Virus record (IMG/VR): IMGVR_UViG_3300012924_000002
Coordinates: 1-61,468 of that record
Origin: a virus
Lineage: Duplodnaviria; Caudoviricetes
Direction: 5' to 3' (one strand)
Length of the DNA: 61,468 nt
The notes below the pieces were generated by a model, which ran no database searches, was not told the DNA's origin, and worked only from the letters and a program-made list of their open reading frames with translations. Position numbers and translations under genes: made by a program. Below are positions 18,447-27,293 of the stretch, in pieces (the first letter of the stretch is position 1; the number at the start of each line of letters is the position of its first letter).

Positions 18447-20290
18447 CCCACGGACCCTGCCGCCGTGGTGCCGCCGTCGTACTGCAGGCTCCCGCTGGAC
18501 CCGGAGTCGGTGATCGTGGCACCCCCGGAGCTGTCGACCACACCGAACGGCACAACCCCGCCGGTCTGAACGATGGTCGCGTCGTACGCGGTCACGGTCA
18601 CGGCGGCGAACCCGGCGGGGGCGTTGGTGGGTCCGGAGGCGGTTGCGTCGTACGCGGTCGCCCCGGCGCTGGCGCTCCCAGCCCCAGCCCCCACCTGCAC
18701 GCTCACGTCGAAAGCCGCAGCGGAGGCCACGGCGGCGCCAGCAGCCGGGGCAACGCTTGCCAGGGCATCCAGGCCGACCGCGCTAGCGGTCGTTGTGCCC
18801 GCTTGAACCCCGGCCGCCGCCTGCGCGTCCAGACCGGTCACGGTCGCGCTGGCGGCTCCAGCGTCGACCGTAACAGACGTGCCGGCGTCGTAGCCGGTGA
18901 CGGTGGCGTCGGCCTCGCCCGCGGGTGCGTTGGTACTGCCGGACGTGGTGACCGTCGCGTCGTAGCCAGTCGCGGTGGCGTCGGCTTCGCCAGCGGACGG
19001 GTTGCTGTTGGTTTGAACCGTCGCGTCGTAGCCGGTAACGCTGGCGTCGGCCTCCCCAGCGTTGACAGAGAGGGCGGCCTGCGCGTCGTAGCCGGTTACG
19101 GTGGCATCGGCTTCGCCCGCGTTCGCCGATACGCTGGCTGACGCGTCGTAGCCGGTTACGGTGCCACTGGCCTGGCCAGCCAGTGCACCTGCGGCGGCTT
19201 GTACGTCGTAACCGGTGACGCTGGCGTCGGCCTCCCCGCCGGACGGGTTGCTGTCGGTTTGAACGGTGATGTCGTAGCCGGTCACTGTCACTGCGGCGAG
19301 CCCGGCGGGGACACCCACCGAAGCCTGCGCATCGCTGGCTACGGCGGTCGCGTCGGCGTTGGTGGTGTTGGTCGAGGCCGCCGCGGACGCGTCGTAGCCC
19401 GTGACGCTGGCGTCGGCCTCGCCGGCGGCCGCGGTGACCGCGGCTTGAGCGTCGTAGCCGGTGACAGTCGCGCCCGCCTCGGGGTCGGTGACAGCGTTGA
19501 CGAGCGGCGTCGAAGTGCCGTAGTCGTACGGGTCGGGAACCCAGAACCCGGACGGGGTGAACAGGCCCGGCATGACGCCGGGCAGGAACGCTGACGGGTC
19601 GGCCGGGGCCGGCGCGCCGGTGGCCGTCAGTACTGCGATGAGCAGGCCCGCCCATGGCGCCGCCCCGGCGCCGGTGAACGTCTTCGTCCCCGTCGTCCCG
19701 GACGCCGACAGCTGCTGCACGGCACCGGTGGTGCCCATGCCGCCACCGTTCGACTGGTCGTAGACCTCCGTCATCCCCGATGGGGGCGTGAAACTGGTGA
19801 TGTTCGATCCGCCACCGGAGCTGACGTGACCGATCAGGTATGCGTCGGAGGTCGCGGGGCTGATCGCGGTCAGCGGCATCGTGCTCTGCGAGGTGCCGCT
19901 GGCGGAGCCGCTGGCTGAGCCGTCGATGACGGTGGTGATGTCCGCGCCGGACAGCACGTAGGCGAAGAGGCTTTTCTCCTCGTCCGAGGTGCCCGTCTCG
20001 GTGACGGCAACCGTCAGGTTCCCCGTGGACGAGACGACGTAGTAGTAGCCCTTCGCGTGACCTTCGTTGCTTCCGCCGTCGGCGGATGCGCCCGTGATAG
20101 CGGTGACGCCGGCCGTGGAGCCCCCCACTGTGGGGGTGGGCATGTTCGACAGCAGGTAGAAGTCGTTGCAATGGATGATGATCAGAACATCGCTGGCCTG
20201 CGGCTGCGTCGTGCCTGACAGCGTCAGGGAGACGGACGTGGCAACGGAGTTGCTAAATGCAGGGGCTCCACTGCGTATTGCGATCGACAC
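18443..20290 (-). CDS. Fibre-like virion protein with about 15 repeats of ~20 aa (AGEADASVTGYDA...)
   Basis: Ser/Thr/Gly-rich N-domain, Pro linker, tandem repeats. Confidence 0.75.
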   Translation of the reverse strand: MSIAIRSGAPAFSNSVATSVSLTLSGTTQPQASDVLIIIHCNDFYLLSNMPTPTVGGSTAGVTAITGASADGGSNEGHAKGYYYVVSSTGNLTVAVTETGTSDEEKSLFAYVLSGADITTVIDGSASGSASGTSQSTMPLTAISPATSDAYLIGHVSSGGGSNITSFTPPSGMTEVYDQSNGGGMGTTGAVQQLSASGTTGTKTFTGAGAAPWAGLLIAVLTATGAPAPADPSAFLPGVMPGLFTPSGFWVPDPYDYGTSTPLVNAVTDPEAGATVTGYDAQAAVTAAAGEADASVTGYDASAAASTNTTNADATAVASDAQASVGVPAGLAAVTVTGYDITVQTDSNPSGGEADASVTGYDVQAAAGALAGQASGTVTGYDASASVSANAGEADATVTGYDAQAALSVNAGEADASVTGYDATVQTNSNPSAGEADATATGYDATVTTSGSTNAPAGEADATVTGYDAGTSVTVDAGAASATVTGLDAQAAAGVQAGTTTASAVGLDALASVAPAAGAAVASAAAFDVSVQVGAGAGSASAGATAYDATASGPTNAPAGFAAVTVTAYDATIVQTGGVVPFGVVDSSGGATITDSGSSGSLQYDGGTTAAGSVG

Positions 20291-20315
20291 GGCTCACCTC
20301 CCGCCTGAGAGGTGG

Positions 20316-20624
20316 CTAGGAGATTGCCGATCCCGCGTAGTTCGTACCGGTCAGTTTCTTCGCGTTCGAGAAGTAGTCACTGGAACCGCCGGGGGTGAAC
20401 TTCGCATGAGCCACGGACCACAACCCGGCGGGGCCACCCAGGTCACCGGCAGAGTTGGTGATCAACGTCTGGTCGCCAGAGATTCCCAAGCTGGCGAACG
20501 CGGCGGCGTTGTCCTGCAGCCACCAGTACCATTTCCGGGCGTCGTCTAGCGCACCCCAGACGCCCTGCGCGATCAACCCGGCCTTGAGTTCGAGATCCGC
20601 TCCGGTGTACGGGATTCCGGCCAT
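20316..20624 (-). CDS. Hypothetical protein in the fibre module
   Basis: TGATG coupling; GGAGGTG RBS. Confidence 0.65.
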   Translation of the reverse strand: MAGIPYTGADLELKAGLIAQGVWGALDDARKWYWWLQDNAAAFASLGISGDQTLITNSAGDLGGPAGLWSVAHAKFTPGGSSDYFSNAKKLTGTNYAGSAIS

Positions 20625-21166
20625 CAGTTGATCACCTCCACGGTGAACGACCTGCACGTGATCGACTGGGAGGCGACCGACAGGGTGACACCCAACGCAA
20701 TCGCGTTGGCGATCGTCGAGTTCACCGTCGCAGTGGTCGACGTGTCGACGTAGATCCCCGGGGTGTCCGTTGCCTGCGTCACCACGTTTTCGATGTCCAT
20801 CCAGCCAACCCCGGTGCCGGCGGTGCCGTTCGTTCGCAAGTCCACCTCGCCCGAGATCTTCCACGGCCGGGACGTCTGCGAAGCCACCCAGGTCAACGCG
20901 CCGGAAGCGACGACCGACGTCAGCGACCCGATCGCAGCGGTCGCGCCCATCCGCAGGTCGAACGTTGCCGTCCCCTGCGTACCCGTCGTCGTGTACCGGC
21001 CGCGGGCCATGAACCGCAGGCGGGTGCCGGGGACCGAGAACGCCGGGTAGGGAATGAGGATCTGCGGCGTCGGCGTCATTTCCGTCAACGCGCCAGAGGC
21101 GGTGACCGCGGTCGCGTCGGCGATGTGCCACGGGCCGAAGCTGTTCACCCAAAGCTGGTTAGCCAT
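20624..21166 (-). CDS. Putative virion structural protein
   Basis: Thr/Ala-rich beta protein in the fibre module. Confidence 0.65.
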   Translation of the reverse strand: MANQLWVNSFGPWHIADATAVTASGALTEMTPTPQILIPYPAFSVPGTRLRFMARGRYTTTGTQGTATFDLRMGATAAIGSLTSVVASGALTWVASQTSRPWKISGEVDLRTNGTAGTGVGWMDIENVVTQATDTPGIYVDTSTTATVNSTIANAIALGVTLSVASQSITCRSFTVEVIN

Positions 21167-21168
21167 GG

Positions 21169-21648
21169 CTACACAGTCACCCTTATCAATCCGTTGGCTG
21201 ACCAGATCACCGTGAACGTCCCGGCCGTGACGCCCTGCGTTCCGCCGAAGTAGTGGAAGCTGACACCCTGCTTCGCGACGGTTCCGGCGGTGATCGTGTT
21301 GTCGTACACGAGGATGCCGAACGCGCTAGAGATCGTCATCGTGCCGCCGCCGGCAAGGTCCGCAGCGTCGAACATGAACACGCCACCCGAAGGGCTCGTG
21401 AACGTCTTCGACGCAAGCGCGCGGCCGCCGGAAACCCAGTTCGTGGCGTCGGTAACCTCGTTCGCGGTGACCCACTGGCCAGTATTGAAGCCGGTCGACG
21501 CGACCGCGACCGTCTTGTCCGGGGTGCCCGTGTTGTTGTACAAGGCGCCGTTGACGGTGTCCGAGTCCAGGCCCGTATAGCCGGTGCCGGACACCTGGAA
21601 CGCCTGCTCAAAGAACGCCTCGAAGACACCTGAGACTGACCAGCCCAT
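21169..21648 (-). CDS. Putative virion structural protein (fibre adaptor-like)
   Basis: DSDTV.GALY...NEVT...GG.AL...FDAAD...T.GTFTVIW pattern common in phage fibre modules. Confidence 0.7.
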   Translation of the reverse strand: MGWSVSGVFEAFFEQAFQVSGTGYTGLDSDTVNGALYNNTGTPDKTVAVASTGFNTGQWVTANEVTDATNWVSGGRALASKTFTSPSGGVFMFDAADLAGGGTMTISSAFGILVYDNTITAGTVAKQGVSFHYFGGTQGVTAGTFTVIWSANGLIRVTV

Positions 21649-21651
21649 GGC

Positions 21652-21882
21652 CTACTCGCCCCGTCCGGCTCGGGCGGCCTTAAGGTCCGCCTTGGCCTGC
21701 CTGAGTTCGTCGCGCAACGTTGCGGCTGTCTGCTTGGCGCCTGCCGCGACAGCCTCCGCCGACTTGATTCCGTACTCGATCTCTTCGACTCGCCTCGCGA
21801 GATATGCGCGGTTGTCGTGATTCCCGGCCGTGGTGTTCACCTCGGCGTCGTAGCCAGTCGCGCTGGCCTGTGCGTCACTCAT
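21652..21882 (-). CDS. Small coiled-coil protein carrying one fibre repeat
   Basis: N-terminus AQASATGYDAEV, then heptads. Confidence 0.65.
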   Translation of the reverse strand: MSDAQASATGYDAEVNTTAGNHDNRAYLARRVEEIEYGIKSAEAVAAGAKQTAATLRDELRQAKADLKAARAGRGE

Positions 21883-22223
21883 ACCCGAACCTCCACCCGT
21901 GCCGTCGGGGCGTACACGTACGTGTCGCAGTGTCCGTCAGCGTGTTCGACTTCGGCCCGCATGATGGGTCGGCCGTCCCCGTCGGTCTGCACGTCCTCGC
22001 CACCGACGTAGTCTTCCCGTTCGACCAGCCGCACATCGCCCCGTTCCCCTTGCGCCAGCATCGGCAGCCGGAAGCCCGCCTTCGCGGGGCACTCGTGCAG
22101 CGGGGTACGCGCCCCGGCGCCCTTCGTTTTGATGCTTGACGGGCAGTACGGACACACCCATACCTGATCGGGTGGGATGAGATCGACTACGCGCATGCCG
22201 GGGATTCTCGCACCGCTGTTCAC
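21879..22223 (-). CDS. Hypothetical protein (CPxC...HxCP)
   Basis: Overlap-coupled in the fibre module. Confidence 0.65.
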   Translation of the reverse strand: MNSGARIPGMRVVDLIPPDQVWVCPYCPSSIKTKGAGARTPLHECPAKAGFRLPMLAQGERGDVRLVEREDYVGGEDVQTDGDGRPIMRAEVEHADGHCDTYVYAPTARVEVRV

Positions 22224-22375
22224 TGACGTCTACGAGCCCCAGGCACCCGGCCCACTTTCGCAGCCTTCACCGTGGCAACCTTCGTCTGCTCCCGCGCGGG
22301 ATCCGGCACCTGCCAGCCGTCGGGAAGATCGGCGGAGTCGGAGGGCTCAGGGGGGCGGCTGTCGTCTCTGGGCAT
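22220..22375 (-). CDS. Small hypothetical protein
   Basis: MPRDDSRPP..., stop overlaps the next GTG. Confidence 0.4.
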   Translation of the reverse strand: MPRDDSRPPEPSDSADLPDGWQVPDPAREQTKVATVKAAKVGRVPGARRRQ

Positions 22376-22520
22376 GGAAGGAGCGTCGCAAACCCGGTCG
22401 GCTGCCGCCAGTATCACCCCTGGGCAAAGGAGAAGGCCCCCGCGCATGGGGTCACCATGCAAACGGGGGCCTCAGCCCTCCACAGCCTTTCCGGGGGCCG
22501 CCTTCACCTGGAGGGAGTCT

Positions 22521-22892
22521 CTACGTCGAGGAGTAGAACGCCTCGATCGTCATCGTGGTGACGCTGGTGTAGGTCAAGTTCACGTATCCGATGTTGCCCG
22601 ACGTCTGCTTCCAGCGGCTCACGTTCGCGTCGAACGCCAGGTAGGCGGTAGCGGTCGAAGCGAGAACACAGGTGATGTTCTGGTCCTGTCCGAAGTTCGA
22701 TAGATCCACCGAGTCGACTGTCACCGTAGCGCCGGTGCCGGCCGTGGCGATGCGCAAATACAGGGTGTCGCCGAGGAGCTGGAACGAATCACCGCCGGCG
22801 TTGGGGGTGATCGCTGCGACTGTCACGCCACCTGTCGTGGCGCCGTAGTTTTGCGACATCTCGGCGACAAGCGTCGGCGTGTAGGCGGTCAT
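22521..22892 (-). CDS. Putative small virion protein
   Basis: GGGAG RBS; Thr-rich beta-sandwich-like sequence. Confidence 0.65.
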   Translation of the reverse strand: MTAYTPTLVAEMSQNYGATTGGVTVAAITPNAGGDSFQLLGDTLYLRIATAGTGATVTVDSVDLSNFGQDQNITCVLASTATAYLAFDANVSRWKQTSGNIGYVNLTYTSVTTMTIEAFYSST

Positions 22893-22929
22893 AGGGGCAT
22901 CTCCCGGTTGCAGTTACCGGCAGCGTAGA

Positions 22930-23166
22930 TCAGGACTCGGCGGGCGGGAACCTTCGCACCGCGTGCACCCTCTTCAGCTCGTACTGGACGTACATCCGTT
23001 CACCCTTCTCGATCTTCCACTTTCGGCAGCGGCGTCCGACGGTGGCACCGCAGTCCGGACAGTCCCTCATGATCGTGTGGTTGATCTGGCCCCGGAGGGT
23101 GCGTTCCGTGGTGTCAGTGCTCCGCCCGCGGCGACCACGGCCGCCGCCTGCACGTATTTGCGCCAT
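22930..23166 (-). CDS. Small Zn-finger protein
   Basis: CPDCGA..G..C...H..R. Confidence 0.65.
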   Translation of the reverse strand: MAQIRAGGGRGRRGRSTDTTERTLRGQINHTIMRDCPDCGATVGRRCRKWKIEKGERMYVQYELKRVHAVRRFPPAES

Positions 23167-23170
23167 AACC

Positions 23171-23872
23171 TCACCTGCCGGGCATGAATGCGCTCTGCGG
23201 CTGCAGAAGCAGCAGCTGCAGGTACAGCTCAGACGGTGTCACGTCCTGCGACAGGCGCCCGTCGTCGAAGACGTGCCCAGCCCCGTCGAGACCACCGGAC
23301 AGGGTCAGCTGGGCGTCCACACCCTGCGAGCAGATCGCCCGGAGCGGCAGGCCGTTCGCCCCGACCCGGGCGATGAAATCGTCGAGGCCGCGGCTGTGGA
23401 TACCGAGCCGGTGTCCGGCGATAGCCGCATAATCTTCGAAACCGTACGGGGTGTGGGCGGCGACCATCATCCGGGCAAGCATCGCGACCGTATCGGCCTG
23501 GCTGACACCCGGCCTAGCGGCCGGTCCCGTCGACAGGGTCTGGTAGTTGGGCCGGACGTAGAGCCAATCGGCGTTCCAGTGGTCGGCGCCTAGCTCGATC
23601 TCTTCGTAGCCGCCCGGTTCGGCCTGCGCGAACATCGGCCCGTGCGACATCCCCGTCTGGGTGTTGAATAGGGGGCCAATTGTCGGCGTCCACCCCGGCG
23701 TCGCGGCCTGCGTGACGGTGCCGCAGTGGGCTACTCGGCGCCACACCCCTAGCGTGCGCCAGTGATCGACGGGCGCGACCAGCAGCTCACCAAGACGGAC
23801 GCTGACTCCAGCGATACCGGAGATCGGACCGAACCCGATGTCGCCGGGACGTAGGTCGGTGAGGCTAGGCAT
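23171..23872 (-). CDS. Permuted papain-like (NlpC/P60, YiiX-like) hydrolase
   Basis: LRPGDI, AHCG (His first), PYGF.DY, ICSQ.VD (Cys last), VTP.EL. Confidence 0.7.
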   Translation of the reverse strand: MPSLTDLRPGDIGFGPISGIAGVSVRLGELLVAPVDHWRTLGVWRRVAHCGTVTQAATPGWTPTIGPLFNTQTGMSHGPMFAQAEPGGYEEIELGADHWNADWLYVRPNYQTLSTGPAARPGVSQADTVAMLARMMVAAHTPYGFEDYAAIAGHRLGIHSRGLDDFIARVGANGLPLRAICSQGVDAQLTLSGGLDGAGHVFDDGRLSQDVTPSELYLQLLLLQPQSAFMPGR

Positions 23873-24062
23873 CGACCCCTCCCGGGGCGTGGTTTTCGCA
23901 CAGCATCCCCGCCGGGTAAAGCCGGGCCGGGCCGCCGCCGCACCTGCCGCACGGCCCGGCGCGCTCCGCTTCCCAGTCACGTCCGGCGAAGTGGGATTCC
24001 CCCACCCATTTGCCGTCTTCATAGTGACCGCGGACCCCGGAGATGTGCATCTCATCGATCAT
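23865..24062 (-). CDS. Small Zn-finger protein
   Basis: C.RC...RLYPAG.LC..H. Confidence 0.55.
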   Translation of the reverse strand: MIDEMHISGVRGHYEDGKWVGESHFAGRDWEAERAGPCGRCGGGPARLYPAGMLCENHAPGGVDA

Positions 24063-24216
24063 CGCGTGGCCTCTCCATGATCCCGGCCTGCACGGCGCAC
24101 TCGCCGGGGCAGATGTCCCACTTCACGTCGTTCACGTCCACGACGCACGTCTCAGCGGTGAGCTGCTCGAAACGGATCGCGCAGAACGTCCCGAACTGAG
24201 GGTGGTTGACAGACAT
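24052..24216 (-). CDS. 54-aa hypothetical protein (not in ORF track)
   Basis: GGGAGGTG RBS; MSVNHPQFGTFCAIRFEQLT... Confidence 0.55.
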   Translation of the reverse strand: MSVNHPQFGTFCAIRFEQLTAETCVVDVNDVKWDICPGECAVQAGIMERPRDDR

Positions 24217-24247
24217 TGGTGACCACCTCCCGGGAAGGCGAAAGTCC

Positions 24248-24598
24248 TCACGAGCCGGCGGCCGGCTCGTGCGGGTGATGCGGAAGCTTCACCTCGCTGC
24301 GGTGACGAGCCTGCCAGGCCCGCATCTCAGTCCTGGCCTTCAACACCTCGGCCGCCTGATAGGACAGGTCGTTCGCCACGCACAGGTCGTAGTACGAGTA
24401 GAGCGCTTCGCTCGCGAGGAGATCTTTCCCCTTGATCACGAAGACGGGCATGGGGTCGTCTCCGTAAGCGTCCTCGACGACCTCGACCTGCGACAGGATC
24501 TCAATCTCCGAGTGGTCGCCGGTGCTGCACATGTCCTCGATGTCCGACTCGATCTGCCGCCAGTGCGAGGCGGGCAGGCGGAGCGGTGACCAGCTCAT
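24248..24598 (-). CDS. Hypothetical protein
   Basis: ATGA overlap; PVFVIKGKD.LA. Confidence 0.6.
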   Translation of the reverse strand: MSWSPLRLPASHWRQIESDIEDMCSTGDHSEIEILSQVEVVEDAYGDDPMPVFVIKGKDLLASEALYSYYDLCVANDLSYQAAEVLKARTEMRAWQARHRSEVKLPHHPHEPAAGS

Positions 24599-24984
24599 CG
24601 GCCACGGCCGCCGCCCCCCTGCCCGTTGCCGTTCAGCTTGCTCAAGTCGATCCCGGCCGGCGGGACGACGAGCTGGGGGCCGGCCTGCGCCTGCCCCGCC
24701 GCCTTCAACTGGCCCAAAATCTGCGCGATCCCCGCACCCAACCCGTCCGCCGACTGCCACGGCACACGCAACGTGATCGAAAAGGAGCACGGCATGATGT
24801 TCGGGGCAATCGCATCCGAGATGATCAGTAACGCCCACTGGTGGCCGTTCGCGTCCGGCGGGGTCAACGCACCCTGAACGGTGATCGGGCTGCACGGCGG
24901 GTGCACACCGTCGGCTGGCGGCGCCGGAATCGTGATCGCCCACTGCGGAGTCGGCGCCGGGGCGCCCTGGTTCGGCATCATCAC
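24595..24984 (-). CDS. Hypothetical protein
   Basis: Overlap-coupled at both ends. Confidence 0.6.
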   Translation of the reverse strand: MMMPNQGAPAPTPQWAITIPAPPADGVHPPCSPITVQGALTPPDANGHQWALLIISDAIAPNIMPCSFSITLRVPWQSADGLGAGIAQILGQLKAAGQAQAGPQLVVPPAGIDLSKLNGNGQGGGGRGR

Positions 24985-25448
24985 GGCATCACTCCCGGTA
25001 CGAACGCTTCGCAGGCATGCACCCCTGGTGTTGAACGCATCCAGATCGACACGCGGTCCCTCGACTCGGGTAGGGGTACGAACAGGCGTAGCTGACTGGC
25101 CGGATCCTGGTAGGCCAGCGAGGACACGCCCAGGTCGAACCGGCCGAACGGGTGAACTTCCTGATCAAACTGCAGCCGCCATTCGCGGACGCTAAAGCGG
25201 GCATCGTCGCACGCCATCTGCGCGCCGACCAGTGGGCCGCCGACAGGCTGCCATCCCTCATGCTCGGAGATCTCGTCGTCCCAGCGGGCATGGTGCACGT
25301 ACGTCGTGAACCATGCCCTATTGCGCGGGGCAACGAACCAGGCGCCGGGCGGCAGCAAACCCCTCGACCCGAACGCGTACATAGCCTCCGCGGCCTCGAC
25401 GCTGGCCGGCACTTCTTCGCACTCGCGGCCCTGGATGACGCCCGGCAT
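24981..25448 (-). CDS. Hypothetical protein
   Basis: G-rich RBS; coupled to the next gene. Confidence 0.55.
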   Translation of the reverse strand: MPGVIQGRECEEVPASVEAAEAMYAFGSRGLLPPGAWFVAPRNRAWFTTYVHHARWDDEISEHEGWQPVGGPLVGAQMACDDARFSVREWRLQFDQEVHPFGRFDLGVSSLAYQDPASQLRLFVPLPESRDRVSIWMRSTPGVHACEAFVPGVMP

Positions 25449-25468
25449 AAGCCCCCCCTGCCGGAAGG

Positions 25469-25804
25469 TCACCGCGGACCGCCCATCTTCGCGCGCAGAA
25501 CTTCGTTCAGCTCCCGCCCCTGCGGTGAACGCATCTCCGCAGCCAGGACGGGACACAGCGTCGCCTGGGTGTCCCGGCCGCCGTACGCCACGGCCGTGAA
25601 CAGCAGTTTCGCCAAGGCTTGCTCACCTTCCGACCGGCTAGCCGAAGGCGAGGGGGATTCGACTTCGCTCATCTTCGCCGAGACCTCATCGGTGGTCATC
25701 GCCGGCGGGGTGACGCATAGCCGATCCCACGGGCAGGCTGCACACAGCAGTGTCGGGTCAATTCCCTGCTGAAGCTGGCCCTTGACGGCAGCGTAGTCGC
25801 TCAC
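25469..25804 (-). CDS. Hypothetical Cys-containing protein
   Basis: GTGA overlap with the globin stop; CAACPWDRLC. Confidence 0.6.
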   Translation of the reverse strand: MSDYAAVKGQLQQGIDPTLLCAACPWDRLCVTPPAMTTDEVSAKMSEVESPSPSASRSEGEQALAKLLFTAVAYGGRDTQATLCPVLAAEMRSPQGRELNEVLRAKMGGPR

Positions 25805-26562
25805 TGGGATGCCGCCTGCCGGGAGCGCCGGGCCACAGTCGGGGCGCCGCGCTGCATGCGCCACTCGTCCGCCGACGCCTGCATCCACAGCGACACCGTA
25901 CGGTAAGCGCGCACCAGAGCGGCCACATGCTCCGCCTTCAGCCGGTGCCCCAATGCGTCGGCGAGCAGACCCACGAAGGTGTTACGCACCGTCAGGTAGT
26001 CCTCCTCCGCCGGCACGTAGATCGTGCCGTCGGGCAGCTGCCACTCCGCGTGAGCGCGACCCCAGCTCTGTGCGTTGACCTTCAGCGCCTGCATCTCGTC
26101 GGAACCCGGATGGTCCGGGTCGTAGCGGGTCAACATCTGTATGAGCGCGGTCAGTAGCTGATCCCGCTGGTTGTGGCCGTGGCTGTTCAGTGCATCGCCT
26201 TCCACCAGATCCTGCGGGAACGTGGGGATCAGGTGTGGGGCTGCGATGAGGAGCTGCCGGTAGAAGTCCGCGATGATCAGGTCCATCTGTAGCGGGCTGT
26301 CGCTGGGCAGTAGGGCCACCAGCTCACCCAGGTAGTCGCTGGTGCGCAGTTTCATCCCGGTCCCCCGGCAGTGCTCGCACGGTTCATGGTCGTCTTGCTG
26401 TTCCGGCGGTGCCACGAGCCGGGTCGTCGAGTCGTATGGAGTCTCGTTCAGTGACATGGCCGGCGGGGCGTCCAGGTAAATCTCCTGGCCTGCCGGGTCG
26501 GCGTCGGCGGTTTCAGGCACGTCTTCGACCTCCGTCTGAGTGCGGGGTTTGAAGAACCTCAT
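25801..26562 (-). CDS. Globin-domain protein
   Basis: DFYRQLLIAAPHLIPTFP (B/C/CD), QRDQLLTAL (E), WGRAH (proximal His), EDYLTV (G), ALVRAY.TVS.WM (H). Confidence 0.75.
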   Translation of the reverse strand: MRFFKPRTQTEVEDVPETADADPAGQEIYLDAPPAMSLNETPYDSTTRLVAPPEQQDDHEPCEHCRGTGMKLRTSDYLGELVALLPSDSPLQMDLIIADFYRQLLIAAPHLIPTFPQDLVEGDALNSHGHNQRDQLLTALIQMLTRYDPDHPGSDEMQALKVNAQSWGRAHAEWQLPDGTIYVPAEEDYLTVRNTFVGLLADALGHRLKAEHVAALVRAYRTVSLWMQASADEWRMQRGAPTVARRSRQAASQ

Positions 26563-26682
26563 CGAGGGCTCCGTGGGGTGTCGGCGTCGTCGCCCAGCAT
26601 AGCTCCCGCGTGACGCAGGACGTTGTGGGTGTCGGGGGTGGGTGGCGGCGTGGAGTGCCAGTCCCGACGGGCTTCAGCATGC

Positions 26683-26922
26683 TCATCCGTCGGTGGATCC
26701 GAGCACGTACCAGCCTTCCGGCCAGTCCACGGACGGGCAGATGGCCACGGGGTCTTCGTCTGCGATGAGGAAGAACGGCTGACTCATGTCGATCGGTCCG
26801 GCCTTCTCCTCAAGTCGGGTTCTGTCGTCGCTCCACACATAGTGGCGATCCGACCGGTTTTCGTGTGCGTCATGCTCCCGGCCGCCCGTCCCAGTCTCGT
26901 TTCGGTCCGACGGATCTTCCAC
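26683..26922 (-). CDS. Hypothetical protein
   Basis: GAGGAG RBS before the GTG. Confidence 0.5.
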   Translation of the reverse strand: MEDPSDRNETGTGGREHDAHENRSDRHYVWSDDRTRLEEKAGPIDMSQPFFLIADEDPVAICPSVDWPEGWYVLGSTDG

Positions 26923-27089
26923 TTGGATCTCCTCATGTTCGGGGTGTTGGGCTTGCGACGACCACTCGGGGCGAGCGGTGTCCTACATGCAGCAAGTTGG
27001 CTAGCTTCGACCCGTATTGCCCCCAGCCCGTTCTGTCCTAGTTGTGGGTGCCCTGCGGGTGCCTTTGGGCGAAAAATTCCAGGATCCCA

Positions 27090-27260
27090 TTTCGATCATG
27101 AGACGCTGATTTTGTGTGCCACGCCGTCTCATGATCGATGTCCATTTAGTGGCTAAATTATGTCCGCTAGTGTCTGAATCTCATGAGATCCCATTACCGT
27201 CTCACAGCGTCCCACGTCCCACCCCCCTATAGGGGGTGGGATGGGTGGGACGTGGGACCT
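27090..27260. other. Candidate replication origin
   Basis: Non-coding, relatively AT-rich, downstream of the helicase; nested GTCCCAC palindrome around CCCCCTATAGGGGG; TCATGAGA repeats. Confidence 0.55.
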
Positions 27261-27293
27261 GGCGGCTGGGACATGGAACCCCCAAAAACAAGA

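Noticed and set aside
18560-19490. Repeats in the fibre gene as a diversity-generating retroelement or DNA-level array
   Set aside because: They are in-frame protein repeats with synonymous variation; no reverse transcriptase was recognised.
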